Source of the DNA: an uncultured Alphaproteobacteria bacterium
Lineage (GTDB): Bacteria > Pseudomonadota > Alphaproteobacteria > RF32 > CAG-239
Assembly (NCBI GenBank): GCA_944391315.1
Contig: CALXTD010000002.1
Location: 24,573 to 88,572 of the forward strand
Length of the DNA: 64,000 nucleotides
Direction of reading: 5' to 3'
The position numbers and the translations under genes were made by a program. Position 1 is the first letter of the stretch, and the number at the start of each line of letters is the position of its first letter. Of the stretch, positions 24,921 to 34,770 are shown piece after piece. The notes below the pieces were generated by a model, which worked only from the letters and a program-made list of their open reading frames with translations, did not search any database and was not told the DNA's origin.

Positions 24921-26163
24921 TCAGAATCTGCAAAGTGAAGATCCCGAGATTGCTGCCGCCATTGCCGAAGAAGGCGAACGCGAGCGCTTGCAAATTGAGT
25001 TGATTGCTTCCGAAAATATTGTTTCTCCGGCCGTTATGGAAGCGCAAGGTTCTCTTCTGACCAATAAATATGCCGAAGGTTATCCTTCTAAACGCTATTA
25101 TGGCGGTTGTGAATTTGTGGATAAAGTCGAAACCTTAGCCATTGAACGAGCAAAGGCTTTGTTTAACGCACGTTTTGTTAATGTGCAGCCTCATTCCGGT
25201 TCACAGGCTAACACCGCGGTTTATCTTGCTTTGTTACAACCCAATGATGTGCTTATGGGAATGTCGCTTGATGCCGGCGGACATTTAACTCACGGAGCAA
25301 AAGTTTCGCTTTCCGGTAAGTGGTTTCAATCGGTACAGTATGGTGTTTGTGCCGACAGTGGTTTGATTGATTATGATCAAGTTGAAACTTTGGTCTTTGC
25401 TCATCGGCCAAAGCTAATTATTGCCGGTGGGTCAGCTTATCCGCGGCAGATTGATTTTGCGCGGTTTCGTGAGATTGCCGATAAAGTTGGGGCTTATTTG
25501 ATGGTCGATATGGCTCATTTTGCCGGATTGGTGGCCGGTGGGGTTCATCCGAATCCATTGCTTTGGGCTGATGTGGTTACCACAACGACGCACAAAACTT
25601 TGCGTGGGCCGCGCGGTGGTATGATTTTGACTAACCGTGATGATATTGCAAAAAAAATTGACTCTGCTATTTTCCCCGGAGCACAAGGTGGGCCGTTGAT
25701 GCATGTGATTGCGGCTAAAGCGGTTTGCTTCAAAGAAGCTCTGTCGCAAGAGTTTAAGGCTTATGCCGCGCAGGTGGTTAAAAATGCTCAAGTTTTAGCT
25801 GACACTTTAAAATCACGAGGAATAAATTTGGTTTCCAGCGGAACGGATACGCATTTGTTGTTGGTTGATTTGCGTTCCAAAGGTTTGACCGGTGATGTTG
25901 TGGCACAAACTTTGGAAGCTGCGCATATGACTTGTAATAAAAACGCTATTCCGAATGATCCGATGCCGCCGAAAGTCACGTCCGGAATTCGGCTCGGAAC
26001 ACCGGCTGCAACCACGCGAGGCTTTAAGGAAGCGGAGTTTAAAAAAGTCGGAAATTGGATTGCCGATGTTATTGAGGCTATGGCGCAGGGCAGGGGTGAT
26101 GAGGTTGTTCCCAAAGTTCGGGAACAGGTTGAAGCTCTGTGTAAGCAGTTTTGGTTCTATTAA
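24907..26163 (+). CDS. glyA: serine hydroxymethyltransferase
   Basis: [51 protein letters not shown]. Start set at ATG 24907 (MLDFNQNL..); the track ORF starts further upstream inside rpiB. Confidence 0.93.
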   Translation: MLDFNQNLQSEDPEIAAAIAEEGERERLQIELIASENIVSPAVMEAQGSLLTNKYAEGYPSKRYYGGCEFVDKVETLAIERAKALFNARFVNVQPHSGSQANTAVYLALLQPNDVLMGMSLDAGGHLTHGAKVSLSGKWFQSVQYGVCADSGLIDYDQVETLVFAHRPKLIIAGGSAYPRQIDFARFREIADKVGAYLMVDMAHFAGLVAGGVHPNPLLWADVVTTTTHKTLRGPRGGMILTNRDDIAKKIDSAIFPGAQGGPLMHVIAAKAVCFKEALSQEFKAYAAQVVKNAQVLADTLKSRGINLVSSGTDTHLLLVDLRSKGLTGDVVAQTLEAAHMTCNKNAIPNDPMPPKVTSGIRLGTPAATTRGFKEAEFKKVGNWIADVIEAMAQGRGDEVVPKVREQVEALCKQFWFY

Positions 26164-26170
26164 AAAGAAA

Positions 26171-26201
26171 AAGCGTTGTTCTTTCGAACAACGCTTTTTT
26201 T
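26171..26201 (+). terminator. terminator after glyA (member of a recurring palindrome family)
   Basis: AAGCGTTGTTC TTTC GAACAACGCTT followed by a T-run. Confidence 0.8.
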
Positions 26202-26361
26202 ATGCCTTTAGCCCCAGCAGTCGTCTTCATCAAAGTCATTATTTTTTAGCTTCAAGCCTTTGTTTCGTTGTTTGATGTATATGAATTTTCTTTCCTAGAA
26301 TATTTTTTTATATGAATCTTGTTACATTGTTAAACATTTTATTTCAGGTTATAGTTTGCTT

Positions 26362-26706
26362 ATGAAAGAAAATATTAAAAAATATTTGGGGCTGAAAGTG
26401 CGCTCTTTGCGCGAGAATGCTCATCTTACCCAAGAAGATTTAGCGGCGGTTTGTGAAGTGAGCTGGCGCACAATCTCTAATTTGGAGCGCGGTTTGGTGG
26501 TGCCGGATTTGATTATGCTTTGCCGGATTGCCGAATGTTTTGATGTGGGGCTTGATGACCTGCTGGATATTAAAATTTCGCGCCGAAAAACGCTTGCTCG
26601 TGTTGCCGAAGAAAACCTGTTGATTGAGCGTATTCGCTTGATTGATGATAAGCTTCTTGATTATATTTCCGAGCAGGTTGATGTGGCTGTGCGCCATTTT
26701 GGATAA
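26362..26706 (+). CDS. XRE-family HTH transcriptional regulator
   Basis: LRENAHLTQEDLAAVCEVSWRTISNLERG is an HTH_3-type motif. Confidence 0.8.
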   Translation: MKENIKKYLGLKVRSLRENAHLTQEDLAAVCEVSWRTISNLERGLVVPDLIMLCRIAECFDVGLDDLLDIKISRRKTLARVAEENLLIERIRLIDDKLLDYISEQVDVAVRHFG

Positions 26707-26820
26707 TTTTATTTCTTCTTTATTTTCTTGAATTTTTTACTATACAATTTTTATAATTTGTGTATTATATCTTTCATGTTTTGCAACTTATAGGAATTTT
26801 GTTTCATATACCGAGGCGGC

Positions 26821-27702
26821 ATGAGGATTGGGGATAAGCTTATTTTAATAAGACGGATTTTTTGCTTTTTGGAAACGGCGAAAGAAGGGGCCGTTTCAAA
26901 GGCTGCGCTTAAAAACGGTCTTAAACAATCTAATATGTCGGCGGCAATTCGCGAATTGGAAGAAAAAACGCAATGCCGTTTGTTAACTCGTACCTCTCGC
27001 GGAATGGTGATGACTGATGCCGGTAAAAAGGTTTATGAAATTGCTTGCAATATTGATAAAGCCGTTGCCGATGTCGATGAGTTTTCTTTAGCTAAAGCAA
27101 CGCTTTCAGGTTCAATTCGGTTGTGGACGAGCGATGCTTTAGCGGCGGCTTATCTTTCTTATTGTTTGCCGGGGTTTTATGATCTTTATCCCGATGTGCA
27201 TATTGATATTGTGACCTCTATTGAGGCGCCGAAAGTTTTGTATGAGGTAGATTTAGCCCTCGTGTTTGAAGAGCCGAGGCAGTCTTCGGCGGTTGTGTTA
27301 ATGAAGCATAATCTGAAATTTGGGTTATTTGCCTCGATGGATTATCTTTCGCGAAACGGTTATCCTAAAGACCTTAAAGATTTGCAAGAAAATCATAAGC
27401 TTTGTGTGCGAGATAATTTTTCTTCCGTTTGGGAAAAGTGGAAAAATCTGCAAGATGGCAGCAAGCATATCGTGGCTTCAACAAACTCTTCTTCCATGCT
27501 GATGCATTTGACGCGTGATGGTATTGGAATTGCGCTTCATCCGATGAGTATCGGGTTAAAAGAGCAAAACTTGGTGCATTTGGACAAGCTTAAATTTTCT
27601 CTTTCTCATCCGTTTTGGATTATTTCTCACGTTGATGCAAAAGATCAGCCAAAAATTAGAGCGCTGATTAATTATATTAAGGAAGCAACCGCGCAATTAT
27701 AA
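26821..27702 (+). CDS. LysR-family transcriptional regulator
   Basis: An N-terminal wHTH (FLETAKEGAVSKAALKNGLKQSNMSAAIRELEEKTQCRLLTRTSRGMVMTDAGK) plus a substrate-binding-sized C-terminal part. Confidence 0.8.
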   Translation: MRIGDKLILIRRIFCFLETAKEGAVSKAALKNGLKQSNMSAAIRELEEKTQCRLLTRTSRGMVMTDAGKKVYEIACNIDKAVADVDEFSLAKATLSGSIRLWTSDALAAAYLSYCLPGFYDLYPDVHIDIVTSIEAPKVLYEVDLALVFEEPRQSSAVVLMKHNLKFGLFASMDYLSRNGYPKDLKDLQENHKLCVRDNFSSVWEKWKNLQDGSKHIVASTNSSSMLMHLTRDGIGIALHPMSIGLKEQNLVHLDKLKFSLSHPFWIISHVDAKDQPKIRALINYIKEATAQL

Positions 27703-28225
27703 AATCAATGACTTTTAACGGCAGTTCTTCTTCGGTTTTGCTTAATAACCAGATTTTGCGCTTTAGTTCTCCCGAAAGTTCAATCTCAATAAAATTTGTT
27801 TCTCCGTGCGGGGCTTGACCGCTGATGATAATATCTGCTTGATTGCGGCGGGGAGACAAAATGATTTCGGCCTCATTAAACGCGGCAAAAAATTTTTCAA
27901 AGTCAGAAAATTCCAGCTCCGGCGCTAGGAAAATTTTTATTTGTTTGTGAGGTGTTTTTTCGGCTGTTTCTGCTTTTTCCAGTTCTTGTTCTATTTGTTC
28001 GGCCAGAGCGCAGACTTTGCTTCCTAAGGCGGTTGGGGTGACGCCTTTGGTGGTGCGGTTGAGCAATTTTCCTCCGATAATTTCTTCAAAGTCGGAAATC
28101 AGGCGGCTCAAGTTTGATGGCTTGATGCCGTTTTTTTCGGCAGCAGTATTAATGCTTCCGTGTTTAACCGTGCTGTTTAGTGCCAGCAGATATTTTATTA
28201 TGGCCAGTTGTTTTTTTAATGACAT
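27677..28225 (-). CDS. short LysR-type HTH protein (effector domain truncated or atypical)
   Basis: LysR-like HTH (VKHGSINTAAEKNGIKPSNLSRLISDFEEIIGGKLLNRTTKGVTPTALG) in a protein of only 182 aa. The 3' end overlaps the convergent LysR gene by 26 nt. Confidence 0.6.
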   Translation of the reverse strand: MSLKKQLAIIKYLLALNSTVKHGSINTAAEKNGIKPSNLSRLISDFEEIIGGKLLNRTTKGVTPTALGSKVCALAEQIEQELEKAETAEKTPHKQIKIFLAPELEFSDFEKFFAAFNEAEIILSPRRNQADIIISGQAPHGETNFIEIELSGELKRKIWLLSKTEEELPLKVIDFIIARLLP

Positions 28226-28321
28226 TTTTCAAAATCTCTTAAATTAGTGACTCAAAATATATATCACTATTATTAAAGTAGTATATTCTCTGCGCAGGCC
28301 TGTCAAGTGTATAATTTACTT

Positions 28322-28921
28322 ATGAGTAATGATAAATTTGACATAGCTTTGGTGCATAGTGAGGCGGATTTTGAGGCAATGAAAAAAATCCGGCGTGCCG
28401 TTTTTGTTGAAGAAGGGCATATTCCTGAAGAGATGGAATTTGACGGTAATGATTATTGCGCAGCTCATGTCTTGGCAAAGGTGAATGGTGAGCCGCAAGG
28501 TACGATGCGTATTCGCTTTTTTTCTGATTTTGTGAAGTTTGAGCGGATGGCGGTAATGCCCGAGTTTCGCAAGACAGATATGGCCGATAAAATCATGAAA
28601 TATGGTTTTGATTATGCTACCGCTAAAGGTTATGAACAAGTTTATGGTATTTGTAAAGAAGAGCTGTTACATCGCTGGGAGAAAAACGGTTATATCCGTA
28701 TTCCCAATGCACCGCTGATTGAACAAAACGGAATGACGCTTATTCCGATTATGCGGCAGCTGCCTAAAAACGAGTATTCTTTGTCTTTGCAATCAAATCT
28801 TTCTCTCCTTAATCTGCCCGAAGGGGAATGGCCGCAGATGGACGCTATTCGTCTGCGTGAGGAAAATGAAAAAGCTTATCTTAATTTTATTTTGCAAAAG
28901 TTCAAAAAAAAGCGCGATTAA
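28322..28921 (+). CDS. GNAT-family acetyltransferase
   Basis: IRRAVFVEEGHIP..HVLAKVNGEPQGTMRIRF..FERMAVMPEFRKTDMADKIM is a GNAT core pattern. Confidence 0.7.
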   Translation: MSNDKFDIALVHSEADFEAMKKIRRAVFVEEGHIPEEMEFDGNDYCAAHVLAKVNGEPQGTMRIRFFSDFVKFERMAVMPEFRKTDMADKIMKYGFDYATAKGYEQVYGICKEELLHRWEKNGYIRIPNAPLIEQNGMTLIPIMRQLPKNEYSLSLQSNLSLLNLPEGEWPQMDAIRLREENEKAYLNFILQKFKKKRD

Positions 28922-29020
28922 GGCCTTGTTGGGTATAGCTTGATTTCAGTCGTTGACGGACGCTTTCGAATAAGCTAAAAAGAAAGCGTTTTCTTTTTGT
29001 TTTTAATTTTGGATATGACT

Positions 29021-29986
29021 ATGGAAAAGCTAAAAGATTTATTTACAAATCATTATATTTTGCCTGAAAGTGTTTTGTGGGCGATTTTCGGCGTTGCCGT
29101 TATTGTCCTTTTGCTTTGGGACTTGTTGTTTTTTAATCGCAAAAATGAAGTTCCGAATTTTATGCATACCTTGATTTTGTGCATTGTTTACATTCTGGCT
29201 GCTTGTGTGTTCGGTGTGTTTGTGATGTATGAAGAAGGGTTTGATAAGGGCTTGCTGTTCTTTACCGGATTTTTGGTTGAGAAAAGTTTGTCTTTGGATA
29301 ATATTTTTATTATCTCGGTTGTCTTTACCAGCTTGAATGTTCCGAGAATGTATCAGCATCGTGTGTTGTTCTGGGGTATTCTCGGAGCGCTCGTGATGCG
29401 TGCGCTGCTCATCGGTTTGGGCGGAGCGTTGATTTCGCACTTCCACTGGGTGCTTTATATCTTTTCGGCGTTTCTTATCTATACCGGCGGAAAAATGCTT
29501 ATTTCAAAAGAGCATGAGCAGAAGCCATTTGAAGAAACACGTATGTTTAAGTTTATTAATAAATATTTTCATGTGACCAGCAAGCTGCATGGTGAGCATT
29601 TCTTTGTTAAGCAAAACGGCAAGCATTATATTACGCCGCTGTTTTTTGCCTTGTTGACAATTGAAACCATGGATGTGATTTTTGCTTTGGACAGTATTCC
29701 GGCCATCTTCTTAATCACTGATGATATTTTTATTGTTTATACAAGTAATATCTTTGCGATTTTGGGGTTGCGTGCGCTTTACTTTTTGCTCGAAGCTGCG
29801 GTCAACAAATTTACTTATCTTAAACCGGCATTATCAATTATCTTAATCTTTATCGGACTTAAGATATTTGCGCCTTATTTCGGCTTTAAGCTTGAGGCAT
29901 GGCATTCACTGAGTGTGACATTTACACTCTTGTTCAGTGCGATTGTTTTGTCTTTGGTTAAGCCGCAAGCCGCCGCTCAAAAGTAA
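29021..29986 (+). CDS. TerC-family integral membrane protein
   Basis: FFTGFLVEKSLSLDNIFIISVVF and a second DSIPAIF repeat are TerC hallmarks. The start could be 29015 or 29021. Confidence 0.85.
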   Translation: MEKLKDLFTNHYILPESVLWAIFGVAVIVLLLWDLLFFNRKNEVPNFMHTLILCIVYILAACVFGVFVMYEEGFDKGLLFFTGFLVEKSLSLDNIFIISVVFTSLNVPRMYQHRVLFWGILGALVMRALLIGLGGALISHFHWVLYIFSAFLIYTGGKMLISKEHEQKPFEETRMFKFINKYFHVTSKLHGEHFFVKQNGKHYITPLFFALLTIETMDVIFALDSIPAIFLITDDIFIVYTSNIFAILGLRALYFLLEAAVNKFTYLKPALSIILIFIGLKIFAPYFGFKLEAWHSLSVTFTLLFSAIVLSLVKPQAAAQK

Positions 29987-30002
29987 GCTTGTTTATGAAG
30001 AA

Positions 30003-30036
30003 AAATCCGCTTGGCGATTGCTGAGCGGATTTTTTT
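30003..30036. terminator. bidirectional terminator
   Basis: AAATCCGCT..AGCGGATTT, flanked by A- and T-runs and lying between convergent genes. Confidence 0.7.
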
Positions 30037-30041
30037 GTTTT

Positions 30042-31094
30042 TTAAAGAATAGGTTGGAAGTTAATTTTTATATTATTCGGTGCGGAAGAAAGTTTTTGTT
30101 GCCAGTTTGATATTTCTTCCGGTGTTTGGGATAATAACATTCCTTGTGGTGCATATATTGTGATTTGGTTTAAGCCATTTTCATCTTTATCAAGAAGGCC
30201 GAGCCAGAGGTTGTTATCTTGAAGATAAAAGCAAGTTTTTTCTTTCGTTTCTTCTTCCAAGGGGCTGTAAGTCAAAAATATTTTGTTTTTATCAGAATAA
30301 TCATTGCGGATGGCCATTTGCTTTTCCAGCATTTTGATTTGTTCTGCGGAGAGTTTGTTCTCTAATATATATCTTAACATATAGCTCTCAAGCGGGGCGG
30401 CATAGCCGGTTTGAGTTAATTGGTAATAATCTTGAAGAGTGGCGCCTTCACCGTACAACTCGTTTAGGAGGGCGTTGATATATTCCATATATTTTTGATT
30501 AAGGCATTGCTTGTCGGTTTTGCAGATGTTTCTTTGGCTTGTCCAGTCTTCGATAGTTTTTTTCGCTATTTTGCTGTTTGGTTGGAGCTTTTTAACTTCT
30601 AATTCGGCAAGGCTTAAGGTTTTGTCTTGGCAGATGGTGGCTTCGGCATAGGTGTTGCGTTCGTTGCGGCAATCAAAGCCGGTCGGATAGGCGAGGGGAA
30701 GTGCGGCATTTTCATATTTGCCATCAAAGCTCGCACCCTTTTGACATAAGGTTTCGCAGTTTTTGCTGGTTATGGTGATTTGCCCATTGCCGCTGTGGGT
30801 GATGTCAATTTGGCAGGCGCCGCGGCTGTTTATGGAATTTTCTCTTATGATTTGAGCTTTTTCGTTGGTGATGAGTTCCATTTTTCCGCTGAGGGCGCAG
30901 CTTTTGTTGCCCCAAATGGTTTGGAGGTCAACATTGCAAGAAGCATAGTTACAATTTTTTATTTGCAGTAGGCCGTCGTTTAGCGGATTATAGCGATCAA
31001 AATACCATGTGCCTTCAAAGCTAAAAGGTTCAGCGGCGATGGCTGATGAACTTAAGGCTAAGGCGATTATGGTTTTGATAGATGTTTTGCGCAT
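30042..31094 (-). CDS. secreted protein with a DUF1311/LprI-like segment
   Basis: Signal peptide (IIALALSSSAIAA). The internal segment FDCRNERNTYAEATICQDKTLSLAELEVKK resembles the lysozyme-inhibitor LprI N-terminal motif. The rest is unknown. Confidence 0.55.
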   Translation of the reverse strand: MRKTSIKTIIALALSSSAIAAEPFSFEGTWYFDRYNPLNDGLLQIKNCNYASCNVDLQTIWGNKSCALSGKMELITNEKAQIIRENSINSRGACQIDITHSGNGQITITSKNCETLCQKGASFDGKYENAALPLAYPTGFDCRNERNTYAEATICQDKTLSLAELEVKKLQPNSKIAKKTIEDWTSQRNICKTDKQCLNQKYMEYINALLNELYGEGATLQDYYQLTQTGYAAPLESYMLRYILENKLSAEQIKMLEKQMAIRNDYSDKNKIFLTYSPLEEETKEKTCFYLQDNNLWLGLLDKDENGLNQITIYAPQGMLLSQTPEEISNWQQKLSSAPNNIKINFQPIL

Positions 31095-31247
31095 TTGTTA
31101 TTCCTTATATGATATTTTAATATTATGCGCTTTTTTGCGGAATGCAATGTTCTTTTCATAGCTTGTTATTAAAAAAACTTGACAAAAGACAAAAAGTGAT
31201 TAAAGTGTGTTGTACAAAATTATTATTAACATTAAAATTATATCATT

Positions 31248-32108
31248 ATGGAAATGAAAATTATTATTATCTGCGGAATTTTGGTTCTTGCAGCAATTCT
31301 ACTTGGTTTGTTACGTTTTGGGTGGTTGAGGAAATGTTATGATAAAGCGCGAGCGGAAAAGAAAGATGTTCTTGAACGCGAACTGATGGCTCGTGCTGAT
31401 AATTTACTCAAAACTTATAGCAAAGCAAGGTCTGCAACATGGAAAATCATGGGTATTGCTGTTGCGGTGATTGCGATTTTAGGCACTGCCGTTTGGGGAT
31501 TTAATCGTATTGCCCAAGCCCCAAAAGCTGAAAAAGAACAGGCAAAGGTGGAAGAACAAGTTAAGCCTGAAACGGAAGTTTCTTTATCTTTGTTTGGTTG
31601 GTTTACCAGTCGTTTCAGCTATGATAAAGCGCTTGCGTATCATACCGAAAAGGTTTATTCGGCAAAGGAAAAGGCTCTTGCCAAATATAAAGAAGGTGAG
31701 AAGATATTGCAATCTGCGCAAGAGCAGGGTAATGCAAAGGCAGAATTTATTGCAATAACTAAGTTGGTTAAAACAAAGCTTGATCTTGATGAAGCCGAGA
31801 AAAATGTTAAAGAAATACCTATGTTTTATGCAAAATGGGAGAATAATTCTATTTTGAATTGTGTGAATATCATTTTGTTTTTATATGGAATTTTGGTGCT
31901 ATTTGCCATTAAATTTTCTGAGCATGAAGGGTTTCTAGTATTGGTTTGTGTTGTTGGTGCGCTCATGTATATCGGAGCTTTTATGATCTTATTGTTTTGC
32001 ATTGATTTGACTTTTCAAATCATTACATGGAGAACTTTTCTTCTGATACTTCTTTTGGTGACAGATATTTATTTGCAGCTAAAAGTTAAGTGGGAAAATC
32101 TTCTATAA
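31248..32108 (+). CDS. membrane protein, unknown function
   Basis: 286 aa with an N-terminal TM segment, a Lys/Glu-rich helical middle and C-terminal TM segments. Confidence 0.55.
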   Translation: MEMKIIIICGILVLAAILLGLLRFGWLRKCYDKARAEKKDVLERELMARADNLLKTYSKARSATWKIMGIAVAVIAILGTAVWGFNRIAQAPKAEKEQAKVEEQVKPETEVSLSLFGWFTSRFSYDKALAYHTEKVYSAKEKALAKYKEGEKILQSAQEQGNAKAEFIAITKLVKTKLDLDEAEKNVKEIPMFYAKWENNSILNCVNIILFLYGILVLFAIKFSEHEGFLVLVCVVGALMYIGAFMILLFCIDLTFQIITWRTFLLILLLVTDIYLQLKVKWENLL

Positions 32109-32113
32109 GAAAA

Positions 32114-32145
32114 AAGCGTTGTTCTTAACGAACAACGCTTTTTTT
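32114..32145. terminator. bidirectional terminator (same palindrome family as 26171)
   Basis: AAGCGTTGTTC TTAAC GAACAACGCTT, flanked by A- and T-runs. Confidence 0.8.
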
Positions 32146-32147
32146 GA

Positions 32148-32456
32148 TTAGGATATTGCAATCATGAGGCCAATGGCGACTACTGCGATTGCAAATAATT
32201 GCAGCAGAAACTTGACAAGGGTTTTGTCATGTTCGGCTTCCGATTCCGGTGTTTTCAGAAGTATCGGCATTTTGCTGTCTACGCCATACAACTGTATTGC
32301 CGTACCGGCAATCTTTTTTTCTTCATCACCTTCCACTTTGCGGATGACAATGCCTTTGCGGCGGTTTTTTTCAAGCTTTTTATCAAGCTGTTGCGCGCAT
32401 TTGTATATCAGATACAAAGCGGCGCTGATGATGATTAAGAAGAGTAGTGCTTTCAT
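32148..32456 (-). CDS. small two-TM membrane protein
   Basis: 102 aa with hydrophobic N- and C-terminal segments. Its ATG overlaps the stop of the upstream 372-aa gene. Confidence 0.5.
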   Translation of the reverse strand: MKALLFLIIISAALYLIYKCAQQLDKKLEKNRRKGIVIRKVEGDEEKKIAGTAIQLYGVDSKMPILLKTPESEAEHDKTLVKFLLQLFAIAVVAIGLMIAIS

Positions 32457-33571
32457 GCGCGGAATAATTTTATGAGATAAGACAATAAATTTTGAGACTT
32501 TTTCGTGGCCATTTGTTGGGTTATCATTCTTGACTGCTTTTTTGCCATGGCTTCATTTTCCGCCATATCGGGATTCCAATAGCGGAATTCGCGGTCGCGG
32601 GTGATAATCGCCAGTTCGTAAGGAGAAAAAGCTTGTCCCCAGTGGCGAAAGACATCTGGTGAAAAAACGAATGTTCCTGTCGGTGCGCCGACGGCCGGAT
32701 CATAAGAACTGTAATTGTTGCAATTTTCCATAGAAAAAACCTTTAACCCATAAGTTAGGTTAAGCGGTTCGCCATGGTCAAGGTACTCTTTTTGCAATTC
32801 TTTGATGTCTTTATTTGCCTCTTCTAACATGGCTTTGGCAATGTTGTAAGACAAATCTGTAAAGCCGGCAAATAAGGTGCAAGTTGAAATATTTTCACAA
32901 TTGCCTTGGTAGTAGAAATAGGCTTTAATTGGTTTTTCTTGCATCTTTTGGTCAAGTTCATCGCAGATTTTTGTGTCTTTTCCTTCAATGCCGACATTCA
33001 GCCACTGGGCGTATCCGTTAAAATAGCGTTGTAGATTGCCTAATGTTGCAAGACCAAGGCTTTCTTCAATATGGCAGTAGTTACCGGCCGCGTAAAGGCT
33101 ATTTTGTATCGGCATGGCAAGCTCATATTCGTTTGTTTCAAGATTGATAACAAAGCGCCCGTTTTCTTCTAAATAAGGGTATTTTTCAAGCAATTGTTGC
33201 AGATATTTATCATCGGGAAACATGGTTAACAGTTTATCCAATGAGGCCCAAGATATATTTTTTCCGTAACAATTATGTTTAGTACTCCATAAGTTTTTTC
33301 CAATTTGGAACATGATGATGTCTTTGGTCGGAACAACTTCTCGTCTACCGCTGGAATAATAACGGATGAGCGTGTCACTCATTACGGCGTCTGTGGGAAA
33401 ATCCTCAACTTTGAAAAAGTCATTTATTCCGTAGTGCTGTGGATCAAAAACAAAGTTTTCTCTTTGTTTAAGACCCCATACTCGTTCTTCAAATACTAAA
33501 TGCTCATCCTTTGTTTTGGCAACATCCTCAAAGGGATTTGCACTCAGTAGAGCAGGTAATAATTTTTCCAT
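32453..33571 (-). CDS. hypothetical protein
   Basis: A 372-aa ORF with no recognisable motif. Confidence 0.55.
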   Translation of the reverse strand: MEKLLPALLSANPFEDVAKTKDEHLVFEERVWGLKQRENFVFDPQHYGINDFFKVEDFPTDAVMSDTLIRYYSSGRREVVPTKDIIMFQIGKNLWSTKHNCYGKNISWASLDKLLTMFPDDKYLQQLLEKYPYLEENGRFVINLETNEYELAMPIQNSLYAAGNYCHIEESLGLATLGNLQRYFNGYAQWLNVGIEGKDTKICDELDQKMQEKPIKAYFYYQGNCENISTCTLFAGFTDLSYNIAKAMLEEANKDIKELQKEYLDHGEPLNLTYGLKVFSMENCNNYSSYDPAVGAPTGTFVFSPDVFRHWGQAFSPYELAIITRDREFRYWNPDMAENEAMAKKQSRMITQQMATKKSQNLLSYLIKLFRA

Positions 33572-33765
33572 AATACATGTATTTAGTTTATAATAATATT
33601 AATTGCGCGATGACGTTAGCACAAAAAGTTATTTTCGTCAATAGTGTTTTTTTGTGTCAAAAAAATATTTTTTTGTCTTGACAAATTTGCTGTAATGGTG
33701 TATTCGTCTTTTTGATTTTTGTATTATTTATTCATTTTATTATTAATTCAAAATTTTTTATTCTT

Positions 33766-34215
33766 ATGGAAATGGAAAGTTTATCTTTGAACGCAGGGAT
33801 TGCCATGGCAATTGCTGTCGGTGTTTTGTTTATTGCCGTTATTGTTTTGGCTGTCGTAGCTTTTCGGAATTGGAAAGCTTTGATGGAAACCGTTGGACAG
33901 GTATCTGAGAATATCAAAGAGCTTCAAGGTACAACGGCGGAAACCAATGATGCTTTGAAGAAAACCAACGAAGATTTGCAGGCGGTGACTGACGAAGTGC
34001 ATCAGAATGATGAACGTTGGCTTGAACATCAACGGAATATGATGTTTACTAGACACCAGGTCTTTTTATCTGAAATGGATGCTCGTCTTTCCGAAATGGT
34101 TGAGGAAACGAAAATCAACGGTGCGCGCGGCGTGCTTGATGAAAAAGATGTGGCCCGCGTTGAAAGCGGTTATAAGTCAGCCTTGGCAGTGATCCGAAAT
34201 TTGTTGAAAGCTTAA
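33766..34215 (+). CDS. single-TM coiled-coil protein
   Basis: MEMESLSLNAGIAMAIAVGVLFIAVIVLAVVAF followed by a helical charged region. Confidence 0.5.
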   Translation: MEMESLSLNAGIAMAIAVGVLFIAVIVLAVVAFRNWKALMETVGQVSENIKELQGTTAETNDALKKTNEDLQAVTDEVHQNDERWLEHQRNMMFTRHQVFLSEMDARLSEMVEETKINGARGVLDEKDVARVESGYKSALAVIRNLLKA

Positions 34216-34234
34216 CCCTTAAATTTTGTGCCTT

Positions 34235-34720
34235 ATGGATATGACAAAGAAAACATTGTTGGTAGCGGCAGTTGTTTTTATTGCAATTGTCTTGCTTTTC
34301 ACCTGTTGGCAAGTTTTGCTGGTTTTGGCCTTTATCGGTTTGGCTTGGCTTTTGGTTGACCTTGGCCCTGAGAAGTCTTTAGCTTGGCTGAAAGAAGCTT
34401 TTGTTGATGTTTTTACCTATGGTAAAACAAAAGTCAAAGAAGCGGCAAAAAATGATGTTCAGGAAGAGTTGGAAATTCATGATGCTGTGATTAAGCCGCT
34501 TGAGAACGGAACTTATGAGCTGAGCGTCTTTACCGAAAGAGGTAAGTTGACCCTTGAACCGCGTAAGTTCAATGTGATTCCCGAGGTTTTAAACAAAGGA
34601 AACAAAGTGATCTATCGTGAGGTTACAACCTGGGAAGATGCTCGTATTAAGAAACGTATTACGATTTCGGCTGTTGGCAAAGATGGAGAGGAACGTGTGT
34701 TCCGAATCGTTACAGATTAA
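34235..34720 (+). CDS. two-TM membrane protein with a soluble C-terminal domain
   Basis: MDMTKKTLLVAAVVFIAIVLLF..LLVLAFIGLAWLLV, followed by a beta-rich-looking domain. Confidence 0.5.
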   Translation: MDMTKKTLLVAAVVFIAIVLLFTCWQVLLVLAFIGLAWLLVDLGPEKSLAWLKEAFVDVFTYGKTKVKEAAKNDVQEELEIHDAVIKPLENGTYELSVFTERGKLTLEPRKFNVIPEVLNKGNKVIYREVTTWEDARIKKRITISAVGKDGEERVFRIVTD

Positions 34721-34733
34721 ACTTTATTAAACA

Positions 34734-34767
34734 AAAGCGTTGTTCGGAAAGAGCAACGCTTTTTTTG
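34734..34767. terminator. bidirectional terminator (palindrome family)
   Basis: AAAGCGTTGTTC GGAAA GAGCAACGCTTT followed by a T-run, upstream of the alaS 3' end. Confidence 0.8.
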
Positions 34768-34770
34768 TTT

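Noticed and set aside
28922-29020. A possible yybP-ykoY (Mn) riboswitch upstream of the TerC-family gene.
   Set aside because: I could not find the conserved GGGGAGUAG and related core elements. Only a short hairpin with a T-run is present, most simply explained as the terminator of the upstream GNAT gene. An Infernal scan would settle it.
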